Shown one piece after another: positions 7,370-14,234 of a stretch of DNA of 28,096 nt. The position numbers were made by a program, and so were the translations under genes. Positions within the stretch are counted from its first letter, which is position 1; each line of letters opens with the position of its first letter. The stretch lies in the NCBI GenBank assembly GCA_964597885.1, contig CAZQZX010000067.1, positions 1 through 28,096 on the forward strand, in the 5' to 3' direction. The notes beneath the pieces were generated by a model that was given only the letters and a program-made list of their open reading frames with translations, was not told the DNA's origin and did not search any database. The DNA is from an uncultured Planctomycetota bacterium. Lineage in GTDB: Bacteria > Planctomycetota > JACOTG01 > JAUIME01.

Positions 7370-8179
7370 TCAGCCGCGAGAGGCCCCGTTCGTCGGAACG
7401 AGCCCGAAGCGCCGCTCGCGTCCGGCGAAATCGCCGAGCGCACGATCGAGCTCTTCGCACTCGAACTCCGGCCACATCGTCTGCGTGAAGTAGAGCTCCG
7501 CGTAGGCGCATTCCCACAGCAGGAAATCCGACAAGCGACTCTCTCCGCCGGTCCGAATGACGAGGTCCACGTCCGGCGCCGGCTCGGGCTCGCGGTACAC
7601 GGCGGCAAGCGCCCGGGCGAAGCGCGCGTGCTCGTGGGCGCGGGCGTCCGAGCTCGCGTCGGCACCGTTCGTAGCGACGTCCTGCGCGCGGCCGTTTCCG
7701 TTCGTGGGCGTTTCCTCGGCCAGGCGTCGTGCGGCAGCGAGGATCGAGTCGCGCGAAGAGAAGTCGACGGCGATGCGAAGCAGCATGCGATCGCCGTGCG
7801 CGGTGGCTCGCTCCACCTCGCGGATCAGCGCGACGACCTTCGCGGGCAGCCGGTCGCGGTTGCCGATGACGCGCAGCCGAACGCCGCGCTCGATGCAGCG
7901 CTCCTTCTCGAGACGAAGGAAGCGCCGTAGAAGCTGGAGCAGGAAGCTGACCTCACGCGGCGGACGCCGGAAGTTGTCCGCCGAGAGCGCGAACAGCGTC
8001 ACGGTGCCGATGCCGCGATCGAGTGCCGCCTCGACCGCTCGACGCGCCGTCGTCGCGCCGGCGCGATGTCCCTCGAAGCGCGGAAGTCCGCGAGCATTCG
8101 CCCAGCGGCCGTTGCCGTCCATGATGAACGCCAGGTGCATGCCTCGCAGGTTGTCGCTCCAGGGTGCTCTCTCTATCAT
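7370..8179 (-). CDS. uppS: isoprenyl transferase / undecaprenyl-diphosphate synthase (UppS)
   Basis: It has HLAFIMDGNGRWA and DLVIRTGGESRLSDFLLWECAYAELYF... motifs of cis-prenyltransferases. A GGGAGA RBS lies 7 nt upstream of the ATG at 8177-8179 on the minus strand. Confidence 0.85.
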   Translation of the reverse strand: MIERAPWSDNLRGMHLAFIMDGNGRWANARGLPRFEGHRAGATTARRAVEAALDRGIGTVTLFALSADNFRRPPREVSFLLQLLRRFLRLEKERCIERGVRLRVIGNRDRLPAKVVALIREVERATAHGDRMLLRIAVDFSSRDSILAAARRLAEETPTNGNGRAQDVATNGADASSDARAHEHARFARALAAVYREPEPAPDVDLVIRTGGESRLSDFLLWECAYAELYFTQTMWPEFECEELDRALGDFAGRERRFGLVPTNGASRG

Positions 8180-8327
8180 GATGTCTCCCTGATCGGGCCC
8201 GGCTCGGCGCGGTGTTCCTCGGCCGCCGGCCCATCCGTCACGGGCCCCTTCTCGCCCGTACCCTTCATCGGCCCTTGATTATCGAGAACTTTACATTGCA
8301 AAGCAAGAGCTTTTCGGCTCGCCTCGC

Positions 8328-9137
8328 ATGACCACGCAAATCCCGATTTTCCAGGTAGATGCGTTCACGGACCGTCCCTTCGGTGGGAACCCGGCAGCCG
8401 TGTGCCCGCTCGAAAGCTGGCTTCCGGACGACCTTCTGCAGAAGATCGCCCTCGAGAATCACCTATCGGAAACCGCGTTCCTTCTACCCAAGCAAGAAGA
8501 CTTCGAACTGCGTTGGTTCACCCCTGCCGTCGAGGTCGATCTCTGTGGGCACGCCACACTTGCAGCCGCTTGGGTCGTCTTCGAGAAGCTCACCGAAGGG
8601 CGCTCCGAGGTGCGATTTCACACGCGCAAGAGCGGCACCCTGACGGTGACGCGCGACGGGAGCCGGCTCGTGCTCGATTTCCCGAGCCGTCCGCCGAGCC
8701 CGCGCGAGGGCGATCTCGACGCGGTGGCGGAGGCACTCGGCGCCCGGCCGACCGCCCTCCTCGAGTCGCGGGATTGGGTCGCGGTATTCGAGCGAGAGAC
8801 CGACGTCGCCGCGCTCGCGCCCGACATGCAGCGCGTGACCGACCTCGGCTGCTTCGCGATCATCGCGACCGCGCCCGGCACCGATGCGGATTTCGTCTCC
8901 CGCTTCTTCGGTCCGAGGGCCGGCGTCCCCGAGGACCCGGTCACCGGCTCGGCGCACTCGACGCTTATCCCCTACTGGGCGAAGCGCCTGGGCAAGAGCG
9001 ATCTCTTCGCGCGGCAGATCTCCGCCCGCGGTGGCGAGCTCCACTGCACGGATCGCGGCGACCGGGTCTCGATCGCCGGCGATGCCGTCCTCGTCCTCGA
9101 GGGGACGTTCCTTCTCGACGGCGTTGCGGGCTCATGA
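8328..9137 (+). CDS. PhzF-family (phenazine biosynthesis-like) isomerase-fold protein
   Basis: MTTQIPIFQVDAFTDRPFGGNPAAVC...ETAFL...DLCGHATLAAAWV matches the PhzF/YddE DAP-epimerase-like family. The stop overlaps the next gene's start (ATGA 9134-9137). Confidence 0.85.
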   Translation: MTTQIPIFQVDAFTDRPFGGNPAAVCPLESWLPDDLLQKIALENHLSETAFLLPKQEDFELRWFTPAVEVDLCGHATLAAAWVVFEKLTEGRSEVRFHTRKSGTLTVTRDGSRLVLDFPSRPPSPREGDLDAVAEALGARPTALLESRDWVAVFERETDVAALAPDMQRVTDLGCFAIIATAPGTDADFVSRFFGPRAGVPEDPVTGSAHSTLIPYWAKRLGKSDLFARQISARGGELHCTDRGDRVSIAGDAVLVLEGTFLLDGVAGS

Positions 9138-10585
9138 CGGACCCGTCCGACCGCTCCGAGCCCATTCCCTTCGACCTCTCACCGGAGGAGATGCGCAAGC
9201 TCGGCTACGACGTGATCGACCGGATCGTCGAGCACTTCGAGACTGTCCGCGAGCAGCGCGTGACGCAGAAGATCACCCGAGCCGACGCCCGCGCGCGGTT
9301 CGCCGAGCTCCCTCCCGAGCACGGCGCCGACGCCGCGTCGATCGTCCGCGAGACCGTCGAGGGCGTGCTCGCGAACGCGATGCGACTCGACCATCCGCGC
9401 TTCTTCGCCTACATCCCGAGCCCGCACAACTACGTGAGCGTTCTCGCGGAGGCCCTCGTCGCGGGATTCAATCCGTTCGGGGGAACCTGGCAGGCAGCGT
9501 CCGGTCCGACGTCCATCGAGCTTCTCACGATCGAATGGCTGCGCCGGCTCGTCGGGCTTCCCGAGTCCGCGGGCGGGATCTTCGTGAGCGGCGGGTCGAT
9601 GGCCAACCTCCTCGGACTCGCCCTCGCCCGACACGCTCGCGCCGGCGGCGTCACGAAGGACTCCGTCGTCTACACGTCCGATCAGACCCACTCGTCGATC
9701 GATCGCGGTCTTCGCACGCTCGGCTTCGCGGACGACCAGCTCGTGAAGGTCGAGAGCGACGACGCGTTTCGCATCCGTGTCGATGCGCTCGAAGCGGCCG
9801 TCGCCGAAGATCGGGCCGCCGGCCGCCGGCCGCTCGCCGTCGTCGCGAACGCGGGAACGACGAGCACCGGAAGCGTCGACCCGATCGCCCGGCTCGCCGA
9901 TCTGTGCGACCGCGAAGGGCTCTGGCTTCATGCCGACGGCGCCTACGGGCTCGCGGCCGTTCTCTCGGACGAGGGTCGACGGGATCTCGAAGGGATCGAG
10001 CGCGTCGACTCCTGCTCGTTCGATCCGCACAAGTGGTGGTTCCAGCCGATCGAGACCGCGTGCCTGCTCGTGCGGGACGGTGCCGGGCTTCGTGACGCGT
10101 TCCGGATCCTCCCGGCGTACCTCGAGGACACGCAGGGCGCCGAGGAAGAAGTGAACCTGTGCGACTACGGCGTGCAGCTCACGCGGACGAGCGCCCGCGC
10201 GCTGAAGCTCTGGATGTCGATCAAGACGTTCGGCCTCGCCGACTTCCGGCGCGCGATCGATCGCGGACTCGAGCTCGCGCGCCACGCCGAGGCTCGGATC
10301 GACGCATCCCCCCGATGGGAAGTCGTGTCCCCGGCGCGCCTCGGAATCGTCGCCTTCCGATACCTCCCCGACGGGACCGGACGCGAGGACCCGGCCGATC
10401 TCCACGCCGAGATCGTGAAGGAAGTGTACCGCGAGGGATTCGCGATGCTCAGCTCGACCGTGCTCGCCGGCCGACCGGCCCTGCGCCTGTGCACGATCAA
10501 TCCGCGCACGACCGAGGACGACATCGACCGCACCCTCGCGCACCTCGAAACCGTCGCGGCGCGAATCCTCGCCCGTCCGGCTTGA
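9134..10585 (+). CDS. group II pyridoxal-phosphate-dependent decarboxylase (aromatic-L-amino-acid / glutamate decarboxylase family)
   Basis: The 484-aa protein starts at MTDPSDRSEP. The PLP-lysine motif SFDPHKWWFQP and a GSMANLLGL region are typical of Pfam Pyridoxal_deC. The 727-aa track ORF at 8402 is a different-frame read-through and was ignored. Confidence 0.85.
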   Translation: MTDPSDRSEPIPFDLSPEEMRKLGYDVIDRIVEHFETVREQRVTQKITRADARARFAELPPEHGADAASIVRETVEGVLANAMRLDHPRFFAYIPSPHNYVSVLAEALVAGFNPFGGTWQAASGPTSIELLTIEWLRRLVGLPESAGGIFVSGGSMANLLGLALARHARAGGVTKDSVVYTSDQTHSSIDRGLRTLGFADDQLVKVESDDAFRIRVDALEAAVAEDRAAGRRPLAVVANAGTTSTGSVDPIARLADLCDREGLWLHADGAYGLAAVLSDEGRRDLEGIERVDSCSFDPHKWWFQPIETACLLVRDGAGLRDAFRILPAYLEDTQGAEEEVNLCDYGVQLTRTSARALKLWMSIKTFGLADFRRAIDRGLELARHAEARIDASPRWEVVSPARLGIVAFRYLPDGTGREDPADLHAEIVKEVYREGFAMLSSTVLAGRPALRLCTINPRTTEDDIDRTLAHLETVAARILARPA

Positions 10586-10689
10586 CACCGAAGCCCGGAT
10601 ACGAGACACCTACGAAAAGCCGTTCGGTCGCTTACCCGATTGATCGGTCGCCCCTCGGCGAAGGGATCACGGGAAAGGAGTCGCTTCGC

Positions 10690-11595
10690 ATGTTCTACCG
10701 CTCGGATCGTATTCTCGCGCTGGCCGTCGGCCTCGCGTGGCTCGCGCTCGCAACGCCGGCCCGCGCCACCGACGAACCCGCCGCCGGAAAGCCCGCCGAC
10801 GACTTCACCCTGACGTGGTCGCCGTCTTCGCTCGTCGCTCCGGATATCTCGTCTTCGAACGGACTCGCGCCGAGCGCGAAGCCCGCCCCGGAGCCGGCTC
10901 CGATGCTGCAGCCGGGGAACCCCTTCGTCATGAACCCGGAGTCCAGCTTCGGCGGGTTCTTCCGCACGAACCTGTGGCTGCTCGACCTCGACGGCGACAT
11001 GACCGTCGAGCAGCGTGAGTCCGACGTCGATCTGAGCTTCGGGGATACCTTCGGCGACACGGATTTTTCCGGGCAGATGGTTCTCGACCTGCACGGCGCG
11101 CAGATGGGTGTCCTCTTCGACATCACGTACATCAGCTTCGACACCGACAATCGGTTTCAGGGCGTAAAGACCGAGATCGACGCGGACATGTTCCTCGCCG
11201 ACGTGACGTTCAAGTATCGCCTCGGCGGCGACGAGAAGTCGCGGCTCGATCTCCTTCTGGGTGCGCGCTACCTCACCATGAAGGGCGAGTTCGACGGCGG
11301 CGCCCGCGGAAGCGAGACCGAAGACTTCTTCGATCCCGTGGTCGGCCTTCACCTGCGCATGCCGGCATCGGATGCCTCGATCTTCGACCTGCGGGCCGAC
11401 ATCGGCGGCTTCGACATCGGCGAGGGCGACTCCTTCACGTGGCAGATCTCCGGCGTCATCGGATTCGTCGTGAAGCAGGGCATCTTCACGGTCGGCTATC
11501 GCTACTACTCGATGGACTACGAGACCTCGGATTCCGATCTCGGCATCGACGCGAGCCTGCACGGTATCCTCGTCGGCTTCGAGATACCCTTCTAG
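10690..11595 (+). CDS. putative outer-membrane beta-barrel protein (signal peptide; C-terminal ...GFEIPF)
   Basis: AAGGAG RBS 9 nt before ATG 10690. The N-terminal signal peptide is MFYRSDRILALAVGLAWLALATPARA. The protein has an alternating amphipathic beta-strand pattern and a terminal aromatic residue (F), as in OMP beta-barrels. Family assignment (MipA/OmpV-like?) is uncertain. Confidence 0.6.
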   Translation: MFYRSDRILALAVGLAWLALATPARATDEPAAGKPADDFTLTWSPSSLVAPDISSSNGLAPSAKPAPEPAPMLQPGNPFVMNPESSFGGFFRTNLWLLDLDGDMTVEQRESDVDLSFGDTFGDTDFSGQMVLDLHGAQMGVLFDITYISFDTDNRFQGVKTEIDADMFLADVTFKYRLGGDEKSRLDLLLGARYLTMKGEFDGGARGSETEDFFDPVVGLHLRMPASDASIFDLRADIGGFDIGEGDSFTWQISGVIGFVVKQGIFTVGYRYYSMDYETSDSDLGIDASLHGILVGFEIPF

Positions 11596-11744
11596 ATCAG
11601 CGCCCGCGGTCGCGATCGAGCCCGGACCGCCGGGCGACGCCCGAAGCCTCGGTCCCCCTCGACCGGGCCTCGGACGCCGCCCCCGCAACCGCCCCCTTTG
11701 CGACGGACATCCCCGACCGTCGCGATGACGCGCTCTTCGTTCGA

Positions 11745-11999
11745 TCAGAGCACGCCCTCCCCCTCATTCACGATGCCGGCAGCGATTCCCGCTCCGTCGC
11801 GCACGTGATCACGGATGCGCGCGCGGCCTTCGTCGTTGTCGACCAGGCCGAGCGCGTAGCGAATCATCGCGCGTGCGATATGCGGCGCTCCGCAGTCGAC
11901 GCGGGACAAGATCCAGTCCACGTCGGCCGCCGATCCCGCTCGCGCTCGCTGGCGGAGCTCCTCGAGGGAGATCTCCCCGGCTCGAAGCACGCGATTCAT
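11745..11999 (-). CDS. small hypothetical protein (84 aa)
   Basis: A strong SD (AAGGAG) lies 7 nt upstream of the ATG at 11997-11999. Codon usage is GC3-rich and consistent with its neighbours. It lies 60 bp downstream of the SPFH gene on the same strand. I recognise no domain. Confidence 0.45.
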   Translation of the reverse strand: MNRVLRAGEISLEELRQRARAGSAADVDWILSRVDCGAPHIARAMIRYALGLVDNDEGRARIRDHVRDGAGIAAGIVNEGEGVL

Positions 12000-12059
12000 G
12001 ACGTCACTCCTTCCGTCCAGATGGCCGGCCGGAGGAGCGACGCCCCTCCGACCGGCCGG

Positions 12060-13163
12060 TCAAAGCAGATTCATGACGCGATCGGCGAGACCCTTCTCGC
12101 CGAGGAGAACCTGGAGGTTCGCCTTGTCGAACAGCTTCTCCAGGATCTCGAGCTCCCGAAGCCGCATGAGCGTCGGGTTCGCGTCGAGGAGCCGCGCGGT
12201 GTTCACCTGCGACCGCGCGGCCGCCACTTCCTCCCGACGGGTGATGAGCGCGGCCTCGGCGGCCTTCTGCGCTTCGGTCACCCGGTTCAGGAGGACCTTC
12301 ATTTCACCCGGAAGCACGATGTCACGGATTCCGAGCGAGACCACATCGAGGCCGAGCTTGTCGACCCGCGCCTTGAGGATGCCCTCGAGCTCTCCGGCCA
12401 TCTCGTCCTTGCGGGCGAGAAGATCGTCGAGCTCGCGGGTCCCGATCACGGCACGGAGCGCGAGCTGTGCCTCCCGGTACAGCGCCTGGTTGCGATCCCC
12501 GATCTCGGTCACCGCCTTCACGGCGTCGATCACGCGGAACGCGACCACGGCGTTGAGCCTCAGCGAGACCTTGTCCGCGGTCATGATTTCCTGACCGGAA
12601 ATATCGAGAACCGACTCACGGACGTCGACGATCTCGAGGCGCACCTTCCCGGCGAACGCCCAGAACGCGTGCCGACCCGGTCGGAGCGTCGCCTGGAGCT
12701 CTCCGTCGCGGAAGTACAGGCCGACGTGACCCGGCTCCACGAAGTACTGGTTGATCCACGCCTCGGCCTCGCCGGACTTGAGGATCACCTCGAGCGACTC
12801 GTGCTCGAACCGCGGCTCGCGTGCATCGAAGATCTCGATCTCGACATCGCGGAACGCGGTCCAGAGGACGGCGAGCCCCGGACCGGCGATGCGATCGAAT
12901 CGACCGTCGATCCAGACGATCGCCCGCTGCCAGTCGCCGAGGTCGATCACGCGCACCTCGTCGCCGAGCGCGTCGGACTTCACGATGACGTCGAGCTTGC
13001 TGTGCTCGAGCCACGGTGCCCGCACCGACACGACGTCCACGCGGACGCGGCCGAACGGATCGAACAGCCAGTGCACGCCCGGCTGCATGACGCCCACGAA
13101 CTCGCGGTCCTCGAACCGCAGCCCACGCTCGAACTTCCGAATCTTGATTCGCTTCAGGATCAT
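12060..13163 (-). CDS. SPFH/band-7 (stomatin/prohibitin/flotillin-like) domain protein
   Basis: The 367-aa protein starts MILKRIKIRKFERGL.... A perfect SD AAGGAGG lies 6-7 nt upstream of the ATG at 13161-13163. The central region has the band-7 pattern (ESVLDISGQEIMTADKVSLRLNAVVAFRVIDAVKAV...) followed by a coiled-coil tail. The track's start at 13211 is a GTG further upstream without an RBS. Confidence 0.85.
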   Translation of the reverse strand: MILKRIKIRKFERGLRFEDREFVGVMQPGVHWLFDPFGRVRVDVVSVRAPWLEHSKLDVIVKSDALGDEVRVIDLGDWQRAIVWIDGRFDRIAGPGLAVLWTAFRDVEIEIFDAREPRFEHESLEVILKSGEAEAWINQYFVEPGHVGLYFRDGELQATLRPGRHAFWAFAGKVRLEIVDVRESVLDISGQEIMTADKVSLRLNAVVAFRVIDAVKAVTEIGDRNQALYREAQLALRAVIGTRELDDLLARKDEMAGELEGILKARVDKLGLDVVSLGIRDIVLPGEMKVLLNRVTEAQKAAEAALITRREEVAAARSQVNTARLLDANPTLMRLRELEILEKLFDKANLQVLLGEKGLADRVMNLL

Positions 13164-13616
13164 GGTCTCGTCCTCCTTTCTCCCGGCTGCCGCGGCGTCA
13201 TTGCCGCGCACACCGAGGTTCGGTTCTCGTGTCCTTCCATCGGTCTCGATGACACCGCGCCGTCGAGTGCGGTAGAGCCTTCAGGGGGCGGACCGTCTTG
13301 TCCGCCACACCTTCGTACGCGGAGCGCAACTTGAGCCCGCGGGCGAGCCTCGATCGTCACCGACGCGGACGACACCCGGCGACACCCGGGACACGCATCG
13401 CTGCGTTTCCCGAGCTCTTCGGGGTCGAACCACGCCACGCGAGCGAGGTCGCATCGCGAGCGGTATCCGCGCGCTGCAGGGCGCCGTCGCGTGCTGCTAC
13501 GGGAATCGATCGCGCCGGTCGCCGCCCTCGGTTCGAGGCACGGCGGCCGCGGTCACGCTTCCCGGAGCCGGCCGATGCGACGGTCGCCCCCATCCGGCAA
13601 CGTGGAGATTCGTGCG

Positions 13617-13690
13617 GTACGAATGCAGGAATCGAACCTGCGACAGCCAGATTCAAGTTCTGGTGCTCTACCCATCTGAGCTAATCCGTA
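13617..13690 (-). tRNA. tRNA-Gln (anticodon TTG), 74 nt, no encoded CCA
   Basis: The minus-strand sequence folds into a cloverleaf. The acceptor stem is TACGGAT/ATTCGTA (U1:A72, as in bacterial tRNA-Gln, with one G-U pair). The D-arm is GCTC-AGATGGGTA-GAGC. The anticodon stem is CCAGA/TCTGG with loop ACTTGAA (anticodon UUG). The variable loop is CTGTC, and the T-arm is GCAGG-TTCGATT-CCTGC. Confidence 0.8.
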
Positions 13691-13893
13691 GGTCGCCTCT
13701 TCAGAATCCGTCACTCGGAACACGCCTTCGCAATCCACGCAGGAGCGAAAGCGCGCCGCCGGCTCGGCGTTCATCGATCATGTTGTCGTGTGTTCGGGGT
13801 ACCGTGATTCGGATTCGCCGGAGGGTATGGACGGACCCTCTCCGCAAAGCCTCTTCACGGCTCTTCGTTCTCCTTCAGCGTTCGCTCCGCCTA

Positions 13894-13929
13894 CAAAAAA
13901 AGCCTTCCCGGGCATCGCCCGGGAAGGCT
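13894..13929 (-). terminator. rho-independent terminator (minus strand) upstream of the tRNA
   Basis: Perfect 13-bp stem AGCCTTCCCGGGC/GCCCGGGAAGGCT with loop ATC (13901-13929). On the minus strand it is followed by a run of seven T (complement of A 13894-13900). Confidence 0.65.
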
Positions 13930-14093
13930 TTCGAGTTCTACGAGAGTGTCTCGATCAGTCTTCCGGAGGGCATACCCCATGCGCGTTCGCGTCGTACATG
14001 AAATCGAACGACGCGGGCCGACCGCTCAGGCGGTCTTGCCTCGCTTCACTGCCGTTGATGATGTCATGTCGGGTTTGCACGAAATTCAAAGCT

Positions 14094-14130
14094 CCGAAAA
14101 ACAACCGAGCCGCAGATGATAGCGGCTCGG
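14094..14130 (-). terminator. rho-independent terminator (minus strand) about 105 nt downstream of the giant gene's stop
   Basis: 9-bp perfect stem CCGAGCCGC/GCGGCTCGG (14105-14130) with an 8-nt loop, followed on the minus strand by TTGTTTTTCGG. Confidence 0.65.
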
Positions 14131-14137
14131 GAATCGA

Positions 14138-14163
14138 AGTCAATCGACTTCTTTCATTTTTCC
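14138..14163 (+). terminator. terminator-like hairpin plus T-tract on the plus strand (no annotated plus-strand gene upstream)
   Basis: GAAGTC-aatc-GACTTC followed by TTTCATTTTTCC. It sits immediately next to the minus-strand terminator in a lower-GC spacer. Confidence 0.3.
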
Positions 14164-14234
14164 GCTCGTTGAGACGGATGAGCGTTCGGAAAGGTTCGCT
14201 CGTCTTTCGAAAAAACATCAGCGACGCGAAGTCC

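Noticed and set aside
8402-10585. 727-aa ORF spanning the phzF-like and decarboxylase genes
   Set aside because: It is an Arg/Pro-rich out-of-frame read across phzF-like, which merges into the decarboxylase frame only downstream. The real genes are 8328..9137 and 9134..10585, with recognisable domains and an ATGA junction.
11439-13334. 631-aa plus-strand ORF and 198-aa ORF 11998..12594
   Set aside because: They are antisense to the SPFH gene and the 84-aa ORF. They have no domain or RBS and are high-GC shadow frames.
13298-13684. 128-aa plus-strand ORF and 99-aa minus ORF overlapping the tRNA-Gln gene
   Set aside because: They run through a structured tRNA gene, are Arg-rich and have no RBS. 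They are spurious.
13979-14119. 47-codon ORF (MRVRVVHEIERRG...) with GGAGG upstream in the lower-GC spacer
   Set aside because: It is too short and has atypically low GC3 for this genome. Its stop falls inside a terminator hairpin. I keep it only as a possible leader peptide or sRNA locus (see findings), not as a CDS call.
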